64,000 nt of DNA from Bdellovibrio sp. (lineage in GTDB: Bacteria > Bdellovibrionota > Bdellovibrionia > Bdellovibrionales > Bdellovibrionaceae): assembly GCA_036677065.1 (NCBI GenBank), contig JAKFBS010000002.1, positions 512,001-576,000 of the forward strand, read 5' to 3'. Position 1 is the stretch's first letter; each line of letters opens with the position of its first letter. Position numbers and translations under genes: made by a program. A model generated the notes under the pieces. The model ran no database searches, was not told the DNA's origin, and saw nothing but the letters and a program-made list of their open reading frames with translations. Shown piece after piece: positions 56,844 through 64,000 of the stretch.

Positions 56844-58154
56844 ATGATGAAAAAAAGGAATTTTTTGAGCACCACGACGGCGCTACTCTGTTCTACACTG
56901 CTAGCTGCAGGTTGCGCCAAAGAGGCGCTGACAAAGGCCGCAGAAGACAACACAAAGACTACGCTCACCGAAAACGTCATCTATGGCAGCGATGGCCGCC
57001 AAGAGGTTTATCAGGCCAGCGAGGCGCTAAAGCTATTATCGGATTCAACGGTGGCTTTAATTAAAAATACAGATTTAACCCAACAAGGTGCAAACACCTT
57101 GATTGCCGGTGAAGTCTTCGCCCAAAGTCATCAATTATGTTCCAGTGAAAAATTTCGTGAACAAAACACCTCTGCTTTTTGTTCGGGTTCACTTGTTGGA
57201 CCTGACACAATTATCACCGCAGGACATTGTATCACCAGTCAATCTGACTGCGTAGGCACAAGTTTTGTCTTTGGTTTTGCTGTTAAATCTGCCGGAGTAT
57301 TACCTACTCAGGTAAGTAGTAATGAAGTCTATCGTTGTCGTGAAATCGTCGCCCGAGTTTTACAAAACACGGGCGAGGATTATGCGGTGATCAAACTTGA
57401 TCGCGCGGTTACAAATCACGCGGTATTAAAAGTTCGTCGCAGCGGTGAAGCCTCTGTAGGTGATCCCCTATTAGTGATCGGTCATCCCGTAGGTTTACCA
57501 ACAAAAATAACTACGGGTGGAAAAGTTCGCTCGGTAGCGAATGCCGGCTACTTAGTTACTAACTTGGATACTTATGGTGGTAATTCGGGCTCTGCGGTAT
57601 TTAATGCGCAAACTTTAGAAATCGAAGGTATCTTAGTTCGCGGCGAGCAAGACTTCGTATATCAAGGTGGTTGTAACGTTTCAAAAGTTTGTAGCGATGA
57701 TTCATGCCGCGGTGAAGATGTAACGCGTATCTCTGCATTACGTCAGTATATCCCGCAAACAAACGTGCCGACGCCTCCAACTTCAGGAACACCGGTTGTG
57801 TCGAGCGAAACTTTCACCTCAACACAAGTTCTTGCGATTCTTGATAATAATACGGCAGGCATCTCAAGTTCATTAAAAGTAACTTCTGCACCCAGCGGCA
57901 GAAAGGTGTTAATCAGTGTTAATCTTACTCATACTTATATTGGTGATCTGGTTGTAAAAGTTGTAGCCAGTGATGGCAAAACTGTAACTTTACATTCACG
58001 CTCTGGCGGCGGTACGGATAATATCGTTAAAACTTATGATGCCACTGCCGCTTTAGGAAGTGTTGCTTCGGCAGGAAATTATAAGTTAGTGGTGCAAGAT
58101 TTAGCTAAATACGATAGCGGAAGTCTGAAGTCATGGTCTGTGAAATTTCAGTAA
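56844..58154 (+). CDS. Trypsin-like (S1) serine protease lipoprotein with C-terminal proprotein-convertase P domain
   Basis: Lipobox AAGC; VIYGSDGR; TAGHC, DYA, DTYGGNSGS; HTYIGDL...GSLKSWS P-domain. Confidence 0.9.
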   Translation: MMKKRNFLSTTTALLCSTLLAAGCAKEALTKAAEDNTKTTLTENVIYGSDGRQEVYQASEALKLLSDSTVALIKNTDLTQQGANTLIAGEVFAQSHQLCSSEKFREQNTSAFCSGSLVGPDTIITAGHCITSQSDCVGTSFVFGFAVKSAGVLPTQVSSNEVYRCREIVARVLQNTGEDYAVIKLDRAVTNHAVLKVRRSGEASVGDPLLVIGHPVGLPTKITTGGKVRSVANAGYLVTNLDTYGGNSGSAVFNAQTLEIEGILVRGEQDFVYQGGCNVSKVCSDDSCRGEDVTRISALRQYIPQTNVPTPPTSGTPVVSSETFTSTQVLAILDNNTAGISSSLKVTSAPSGRKVLISVNLTHTYIGDLVVKVVASDGKTVTLHSRSGGGTDNIVKTYDATAALGSVASAGNYKLVVQDLAKYDSGSLKSWSVKFQ

Positions 58155-58217
58155 GCCAATTCGCAGCAGATACTTTTCCTTGGTAGTACAAATAAAGCTC
58201 TTCAGCAATGAAGGGCT

Positions 58218-58631
58218 TTATTTTGTTTTTTTATGATATGTCAGTGCCATCAAAATACAGCCTTTTAACTGCTCGACCGGGAGCGAGTCTGTCTCGTTCA
58301 AGATAATAGCTCGCTTGCCTTCATACTTAAATTGCCCCGCATACTTTTTCTTAAAATCTGCAATCAGCGTTGTTTGGCAATTGAAATAGATTCCATATTG
58401 ATGTGGCTTTGATTTTAGCCAATGAATTCTAATCGTCGTGCCTATATTTTTTTCCTTAGGCAGGTAGCTGGGTTCACCCCACTTCAAAGCTTCATCCAGC
58501 TCTCCGATGGCACTAGAACTTTTAGCTACGGCTAAAATGAGTTTTCTTACAGCCAGCAACTTTTTACGAAATGCTACTGGGTATTCTTTAAAAGTTCGGG
58601 CAACCATTAGGTTAGATATCTTTGGATTCAT
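58218..58631 (-). CDS. DUF1801 / YdhG-like protein
   Basis: EALKWGEPSY, TTIRIHW, YFNCQTTLI, EGKRAI, ALTYH; start reassigned to MNPKIS just after the upstream stop. Confidence 0.8.
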   Translation of the reverse strand: MNPKISNLMVARTFKEYPVAFRKKLLAVRKLILAVAKSSSAIGELDEALKWGEPSYLPKEKNIGTTIRIHWLKSKPHQYGIYFNCQTTLIADFKKKYAGQFKYEGKRAIILNETDSLPVEQLKGCILMALTYHKKTK

Positions 58632-58638
58632 ATTCTTG

Positions 58639-59568
58639 TTATTCACTAGCGAAAGCTTCTTCGATCCAGCCGCCATCAAGGCGCATGCTTTTTTCATCTC
58701 GCTTGATTTCAAAAACGGTTTTATATTCTGGATTATAACCAATACTTTTTTGATCGACATCTAATTCGGCTAAAAGTCTTTCGAAGTTCTTTTTTTCCTG
58801 TTCAAATTCTACCGGCTGATTGCTGTTAAATGCATTTTCTGTATCGTCACAGAATTTTTTCAAACGCTCATCAGAGACAATCTCTGGCTTAAGAGCTACG
58901 GCTTTATTTAAATTAAAATATAAATAACTGCGATCAGCGATCGCCTCAAAATCAGATTTATGTCCATTCATTGCGGCAAATGCTGCAATGACTTTTCCAT
59001 AAAATGCCGCTTTTTGAGCGAAACTTTCTTCAGTCTGGCCAGCGGCTGCAGCGGCATTCACTTCAGAAATTAATTCCTGAAATTGCGGAATACGTAAAAT
59101 GTAACGAAACAATGGCTTAAGCGCTTGCGCACGAGGATCTGCAGTCGCTTCATCTAACGACAATTGAAACGCTCTATTGGTTTCTTGATCTGTCATCGGG
59201 CCGACTTTGGCATTTTTTAACGAACTACAAAAATTACTTAATGGACGATTGGGATTAATTAAATCATCAAGCCCAGCACGCGAATTTAAAGCTTGAGTTT
59301 GCGTGACTGTAGTTGTCGCTGAAGTTGGTTTTGCCGTCGGGTTTAAAACCGGAGGCGGCTCTGGAATCACTTGCGTCGTATGAACTGTGTCATTCACCAT
59401 GGCCAGGTTTTGCCGTTGGCCAGGGTTTAAAATTGCTGAGGATAATTTATTCGCTGAGGGCAAATGATAAACAATAAATGCAGTAAATCCTGCGACGGCG
59501 ATAAAAACCACTGCCGCGAAGACCAATAGCACTTTAAAAATCAGTGTTGCCTTACTTCTTGTTTCCAC
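58639..59568 (-). CDS. Hypothetical membrane-anchored protein
   Basis: One N-terminal TM helix, Pro/Thr-rich linker, helical domain. Confidence 0.7.
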   Translation of the reverse strand: METRSKATLIFKVLLVFAAVVFIAVAGFTAFIVYHLPSANKLSSAILNPGQRQNLAMVNDTVHTTQVIPEPPPVLNPTAKPTSATTTVTQTQALNSRAGLDDLINPNRPLSNFCSSLKNAKVGPMTDQETNRAFQLSLDEATADPRAQALKPLFRYILRIPQFQELISEVNAAAAAGQTEESFAQKAAFYGKVIAAFAAMNGHKSDFEAIADRSYLYFNLNKAVALKPEIVSDERLKKFCDDTENAFNSNQPVEFEQEKKNFERLLAELDVDQKSIGYNPEYKTVFEIKRDEKSMRLDGGWIEEAFASE

Positions 59569-60790
59569 TTTTTTGCATCAACGAAGATAAATTACCAAAA
59601 TTATTCGTCGCAAAGCCAGTTCCTGCTTTTTGAGTTCCACCAGCGGCACTGTGTTCGCGCCAAGTGTTGTCTTCAGCAAGACCTGGAATACCTAAAGAAA
59701 TTCTTTTCATTTCAAATAAAACTTCATCTACCGAAACCGGGAATGTATCACCTTTTTTCTTATTTTCATAAGTGGCAGCATCTGCAGAATCACGCCATTT
59801 AGCACGTGGCAATAAACCTGTGATACCCGGAGCAATTTGCACGAATAAGCCGTACTGTTCTTTTTTCTCGACGATACCTGTGTGCACAGATCCAATTTTG
59901 AATTTTTCTGGAACCATATTCCAAGGGTCACCGTCTCCACCAGCTTGTTTAACTGATAAAGAAATTTTCACGCGACCATCTACTTCTTCAACTTTTAAAA
60001 CCTTAACCTGAACCGTTTGGTTTAAAGTTAAAACTTCAGATGGATCTTGAATACGAGACCAACCGATTTCAGAAATATGACAAAGACCTTCAACACCGCC
60101 ACCAAGTTCAATGAACGCACCGAATTTTTCAAAACGTTTAACTGTACCGTTAACAATATCACCCGGTTTTGTGTTCGAAAGAAATTCTCCTTCGTTTTCA
60201 GCTTTTTGTAGGTCTAATAATTTACGACGAGATACGACTAAGTTACGACCGCGGGGATCAAACTGTGTAATTAAGAAATCAAATTTCTTACCGATGTAAG
60301 AAGGCTGATCGATCACTTTGTAATCCATTTGGCTTAATGGACAAAACGCTGTTTTTTTCATGATCTCTACGCGAAAACCACCGTTACAAACTTCTAAGAC
60401 ACGGCCTTCAACTGGTAATTCCATATCATGAGCGTCTTCTAAAGAATCCATGTCTGGATTAGATTTTTTCTGACCTGCACGAGTAACGCGAATTTCGCTG
60501 CCTCGAACCGAAGTCACAACAACGTCAATTTTATCGCCGACTTTATATTTTAATTCTTTGTTTTCATCCAAAAGATCATTACGCATAATCATCGCATCTT
60601 GATGAGATGGAGTAGATACAAAAGCTTCTTCTTTGCTGATTGATAAAATTTCAGCTGTGTAAGCAAGACCTGTAGTTAACTTTTTACCGACGCCGCCAAC
60701 ACTATCTTCAAATAACGAAGCAAAATCTTGCGATTTCGTGTTGTTTGTTGTCGTTGTAATTTCATCACCAAAAACATCTTTTTTAGACAT
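59552..60790 (-). CDS. S1 RNA-binding multi-domain protein (RpsA-like, ~4 S1 domains)
   Basis: DFASLFE, AFCPLSQM, VVSRR, FGAFIELG.GVEGLCHISEIGW, YGLFVQIAPGITGLL. Confidence 0.88.
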   Translation of the reverse strand: MSKKDVFGDEITTTTNNTKSQDFASLFEDSVGGVGKKLTTGLAYTAEILSISKEEAFVSTPSHQDAMIMRNDLLDENKELKYKVGDKIDVVVTSVRGSEIRVTRAGQKKSNPDMDSLEDAHDMELPVEGRVLEVCNGGFRVEIMKKTAFCPLSQMDYKVIDQPSYIGKKFDFLITQFDPRGRNLVVSRRKLLDLQKAENEGEFLSNTKPGDIVNGTVKRFEKFGAFIELGGGVEGLCHISEIGWSRIQDPSEVLTLNQTVQVKVLKVEEVDGRVKISLSVKQAGGDGDPWNMVPEKFKIGSVHTGIVEKKEQYGLFVQIAPGITGLLPRAKWRDSADAATYENKKKGDTFPVSVDEVLFEMKRISLGIPGLAEDNTWREHSAAGGTQKAGTGFATNNFGNLSSLMQKSGNKK

Positions 60791-60845
60791 AAAAAATCCT
60801 TACCTTTTACGAAAGGCATTACTTTACTTGAATATTTTTAATTAC

Positions 60846-61337
60846 TTAAGATTTTTTCTTAACTCGACGCTTAACTGATAGCGTCAACTCAAATTCTGCC
60901 ACTCTTTCAGTCTGACTTACCGAAGGAACGATCGCATAGGCCTTCATAGTCCGATTAATGCGTTCTTCAGAGGTTTTAGCCTCGTTGATCTGGTCAACCA
61001 CGACTTGGGCCTCTTCACAGATAAAATGCACATCACCTTCGGCGCGTTTTAAGAAATTGGCCTTATAATCTTTAAATAAAAAATCAATACGTTCGCCAGA
61101 GGCTTGAATTTGTTTAACCGCAAGCATGGCAATACATAACTCAGACCCCACAGCCAGTGCGCCAAAGTACATAGCCCCTAAGTGGTTTTTAGTTCTAAAG
61201 TTTAGCGGAACCTTTAATATCGTTCTTTGATTGTTGGCTTCTAAGACTTTCGGTCCAACAAAGCCGATTAACGGGATTTTAGACCAAGCGTACAGAGTTA
61301 AAAATAGATTCTCTTTAAAGTTTTTCATAGTGCTCAT
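60846..61337 (-). CDS. DUF4442-like hotdog-fold thioesterase
   Basis: KIPLIGFVGP, RTKNHLGAMYFGAL, FLKRAEGDVHF. Confidence 0.8.
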   Translation of the reverse strand: MSTMKNFKENLFLTLYAWSKIPLIGFVGPKVLEANNQRTILKVPLNFRTKNHLGAMYFGALAVGSELCIAMLAVKQIQASGERIDFLFKDYKANFLKRAEGDVHFICEEAQVVVDQINEAKTSEERINRTMKAYAIVPSVSQTERVAEFELTLSVKRRVKKKS

Positions 61338-61383
61338 TCACTAAATTCTAGCTTCATCTCAATAAATAAGCCAAACTTTTAAT

Positions 61384-62394
61384 ATGACAACACAACAAAG
61401 CGCGCTCACTAAGATCGAAACCCCTCTAACCAAGATGTTAGGTATCCGTTACCCGATCATCCAAGCCCCCATGTTTTTAGTCTCAAACGTCGACATGGTC
61501 GTGGCCGCTTCTGAAGCCGGAGCCATCGGAACATTTCCCGCATTGAATTACCGCCCTGTTGAAAAATACATCGAGGCCTTAAAGGAAATGAAAGCCCGTA
61601 CGAAAAAACCTATTGGTTTAAATATTATCGTCAACAAATCGAACACCCGCGCCAAAGAAGATTTAAAACATGCTCTTGATGCCGGGGTAAATTTATTTAT
61701 CACATCCCTTGGTTCACCCAAAGAAGTGATTGCTGAAGCCCATAAAAATGGAGCCAAAGTTGTGTGCGATGTCGTAAATCTGGAACACGCCAAAAAAGTT
61801 CAGGATTTAGGAGCAGACGGAGTTATCGCCGTTGGCACTGGCGCTGGTGGGCACGCAGGCCCGCTATCACCCATCGTTTTAGTTAACTGGCTAAAACACG
61901 AATTAGAAATTCCGATTATCGCAGCCGGCGGAATCGCCAACGGCGCAACAATGGCCTCGATGATGGCCGTCGGTGCTGCCGGTGTAAGTATCGGAACAAG
62001 ATTTATCGCCAGTACCGAAGCTAAAGTTGAACAAGCCTACAAAGATGCGATCGTGAATTCATCACCAGAAGATATCGTCCTAACAACAAGAATCTCAGGC
62101 ACCCCTGCTGCTGTGATCAGAACTCCCTACATCGACAAAATGGGTTTAGATTTGCCGTGGTACCTAAAAATGGCCAAAGACCAAAAGACTCTGAAAAAAT
62201 ACATCGTTCCATTAATCCATTATTTAGGATCAAAATCCCTAGAACAAGCAGCCGTCGGTCCAACCTGGAAAACAGTTTGGTCAGCAGGACAATCAGTGGG
62301 CTTGGTTGACGATATTATTTCGTGCGAACAAATCATTAAAAATCTAGTGAATGAATACGAAGAAACATTAGCAAGCTTACCAAAGGTTCAGTAA
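61384..62394 (+). CDS. Nitronate monooxygenase / FabK-like flavoprotein
   Basis: YPIIQAPMF, GAGGHAG, IIAAGGI, GTRFIAS.EA, WSAGQSVG. Confidence 0.9.
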   Translation: MTTQQSALTKIETPLTKMLGIRYPIIQAPMFLVSNVDMVVAASEAGAIGTFPALNYRPVEKYIEALKEMKARTKKPIGLNIIVNKSNTRAKEDLKHALDAGVNLFITSLGSPKEVIAEAHKNGAKVVCDVVNLEHAKKVQDLGADGVIAVGTGAGGHAGPLSPIVLVNWLKHELEIPIIAAGGIANGATMASMMAVGAAGVSIGTRFIASTEAKVEQAYKDAIVNSSPEDIVLTTRISGTPAAVIRTPYIDKMGLDLPWYLKMAKDQKTLKKYIVPLIHYLGSKSLEQAAVGPTWKTVWSAGQSVGLVDDIISCEQIIKNLVNEYEETLASLPKVQ

Positions 62395-62501
62395 CCAGAC
62401 TTCCCATCCCAAATGATCTGACGGCACGATGCCGTCAGAAGCATCAGCAGGATGCGAGCGTCACAAAAACGCTACTGCAGCAAAACTACGAAGCAAAAAA
62501 C

Positions 62502-62531
62502 AAAAAAACCGTTAGCTAATCAGCTAACGGT
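62502..62531 (-). terminator. Rho-independent terminator
   Basis: Minus strand ACCGTTAGCT-GATT-AGCTAACGGT followed by a T run. Confidence 0.85.
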
Positions 62532-62533
62532 CA

Positions 62534-62550
62534 TGCCCCTCGAGAGAATC
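62534..62550 (-). other. tRNA-3'-end-like fragment (possible att remnant)
   Basis: Minus strand GATT-CTCTC-GAGGGGC-A fits end of T-loop + 5-nt T-stem + 7-nt acceptor strand + discriminator; a terminator follows directly. Confidence 0.45.
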
Positions 62551-62566
62551 TTAAAATTTAAATAAA

Positions 62567-63229
62567 TTATTGCATTAAATCAGAAACGAAGTCTTCTAGG
62601 CCAGCGCATTTAGGTAAATCCAATTTGCACTCTTTCATCACTTCGATAGCTTTTGCTTGAGCGATTTTATCAGCTTCCATAGCTTGGAATAAAAGTAATT
62701 CTAAACGATCAGTATACGCGTACACAGATTTATGTTGTGGCCAAAGGTTTTCAACATCATTTGATCCGCCGATGCTTAATGGGATGAAGTGATCGATTTT
62801 GAAATCACCGCGGTTCATTGAACGGATTTTAAAACCTAATTCATTATCATAATCAGCGATGATAGCGTTTTTTTCTCCAGAAGAAACATTGCGTTCACAA
62901 TAAGTGATTTGCTGAGCGTAGCGTTTTGTGCCGCGTTCACACAATTTACCTGGAGTCATTTGTTGATCTGGATGAATAGGATATTTGTCAGATGGATTTA
63001 ATCCAGTAGTAGGAGCTGAATCTGGTTCTGGAAAACTAGGTTTGTTCGGTTGATTTGGTTTTGCCGGAGCTGGTTTTTTCTTTTTTTCAGAGTAATCTTG
63101 GCGAGAAACTTGTTTCGCTTGATCATCTGCACAAGTTTGCGCAGTTGCGAAAGTAGCCGTTAAAGTAAAAGAGATAGCAGCGATAAGGTTTAAGATTACC
63201 TTAGTGTTTAGTCCTTTAGAACAGTTCAT
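62567..63229 (-). CDS. Secreted HNH-type nuclease-like protein
   Basis: GGAGG RBS before MNCSK; signal peptide; TPGKLC; KIDHFIPLSIGGSNDVENLWPQ. Confidence 0.8.
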   Translation of the reverse strand: MNCSKGLNTKVILNLIAAISFTLTATFATAQTCADDQAKQVSRQDYSEKKKKPAPAKPNQPNKPSFPEPDSAPTTGLNPSDKYPIHPDQQMTPGKLCERGTKRYAQQITYCERNVSSGEKNAIIADYDNELGFKIRSMNRGDFKIDHFIPLSIGGSNDVENLWPQHKSVYAYTDRLELLLFQAMEADKIAQAKAIEVMKECKLDLPKCAGLEDFVSDLMQ

Positions 63230-63394
63230 AGATCCTCCATAGAAAAGCATTACGGTGCTTTGTAGAAACGTCGGGCCAATCCCCAACTTATACGTGGTTG
63301 TTGTTGTGGCTAGAGATAATCAAATTACCCCCAGCTCTGGCAACTGTTAAAAAATGAATATTTCGCGAGGTGTCTAAATGTTTCTAAGCGAAGC

Positions 63395-63868
63395 TTAAGG
63401 TGCCGAAGTTTTAAGCCAAGTTTGTGTGCGGCCCAATAGGCTAAAACCTATGAATCCTCGCACCTCTAATTTTTCACCATTCTCGATCAGGGTCATTTTC
63501 GCTTTGTAAGTTTTACCGTTCTTAGGATCTAAGATATGTCCGCCTGTGTATTTATCGCCGTCCTTTTTTAGATCCCAAATAATTTCTAATCCAACGATCG
63601 GCTTATCTTTTTTATCACCAGAACATTCTGTACAGATTGTTTTATCGCCTTCTTTTGGAAAAGTTTTGATGATGTTACCAAAAAGTTTTCCGTCTACTTC
63701 TTTAATTTCTACGATGGCACGTGGTTCATTCGTTGAATCATCAATCGTTTTCCAAAAGCCCACCGGTGACGAAGTTGTCGCCGCATCAGCTGAACCAGTT
63801 TCAGCAGCAATTGCTGAAAAACAGATAAAAAAAGCAGTCGCTACAAATGAAAAGAAATTATGTTTCAT
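63395..63868 (-). CDS. DUF2147 family secreted protein
   Basis: Signal peptide; GFWKTIDD, CTECSG, GHILDPKNGKTY, LEVRGFIGFSLLGRTQTW. Confidence 0.9.
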   Translation of the reverse strand: MKHNFFSFVATAFFICFSAIAAETGSADAATTSSPVGFWKTIDDSTNEPRAIVEIKEVDGKLFGNIIKTFPKEGDKTICTECSGDKKDKPIVGLEIIWDLKKDGDKYTGGHILDPKNGKTYKAKMTLIENGEKLEVRGFIGFSLLGRTQTWLKTSAP

Positions 63869-63976
63869 AATGGTTCATCCTTATTCGTTATATATATTAC
63901 CGTTTAGCTAGACCTTTAGATTGTCCACAGAGAAGGCGTAGTGGTCAACTAATTCAAAACACGGTATAATTTCATT

Positions 63977-64000
63977 ATGGGACGTTATCTTATTGTTGAT
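63977..64000 (+). CDS. Possible start of a CDS running off the window
   Basis: ATG GGA CGT TAT CTT ATT GTT GAT (MGRYLIVD), preceded by TATAAT at 63965-63970. Confidence 0.35.

Noticed and set aside
58632..58760. N-terminal extension of the DUF1801 ORF as a second dual-coding region
   Set aside because: No convincing RBS or compositional signal; the domain starts at MNPK just after the upstream stop.
2672..60299. Numerous 60-200 aa antisense or alternate-frame ORFs (e.g. 2672..3199, 3997..4371, 49695..50309, 56236..56646)
   Set aside because: They lie wholly within well-supported genes, lack RBS and motifs, and are typical shadow ORFs.
62417..62440. Neisseria-type DNA uptake sequence pair (ATGCCGTCAGAA versus ATGCCGTCTGAA)
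   Set aside because: One mismatch and no enrichment across the window; a true uptake sequence would recur many times in 64 kb.
63921..63929. DnaA-box-like TTGTCCACA
   Set aside because: A single one-mismatch copy with no box cluster or oriC-type gene context visible.

Overview
A 64 kb AT-rich bacterial chromosomal window, most likely from a predatory Bdellovibrionota (Bdellovibrio/Pseudobdellovibrio-like). This is inferred from FQNC-type lipoprotein leaders, a TIGR04552-like gene, MaeB, many secreted hydrolases and sigma28-type promoters. Most of the window is housekeeping and acyl-CoA/lipid catabolism: hbd-crt-icmF, fadI-fadJ, fadD, three hotdog-fold thioesterases, plsC, maeB, hflX, cca, queG, hutG, ltaE, bcp, selO and lspA. 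Secreted peptidases, nucleases, lipoproteins and a TetR-TolC-RND operon are interspersed. No complete rRNA, tRNA, CRISPR array, integrase or transposase was recognised. The main observations worth following up are: (1) a 14-bp quasi-palindromic direct repeat that duplicates a gene 3' end and brackets a two-gene cassette; (2) a translationally coupled operon linking a RelA-like TIGR04552 protein to PlsC, an SRPBCC protein and an HExxH protein; (3) a lytic-transglycosylase-like secreted protein with a coupled small partner; (4) two unannotated membrane microproteins; (5) an OMP gene split at a T8 tract; (6) a dual-coding overlap that could give Bcp a Lys-rich tail; (7) an RND operon with no membrane-fusion gene; (8) a metallothionein-like lipoprotein; (9) a tRNA-3'-end-like att remnant; and (10) a recurrent GTCTCA-N3-TGAGAC intergenic palindrome. 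All family assignments come from motif recognition by eye; no searches were run.
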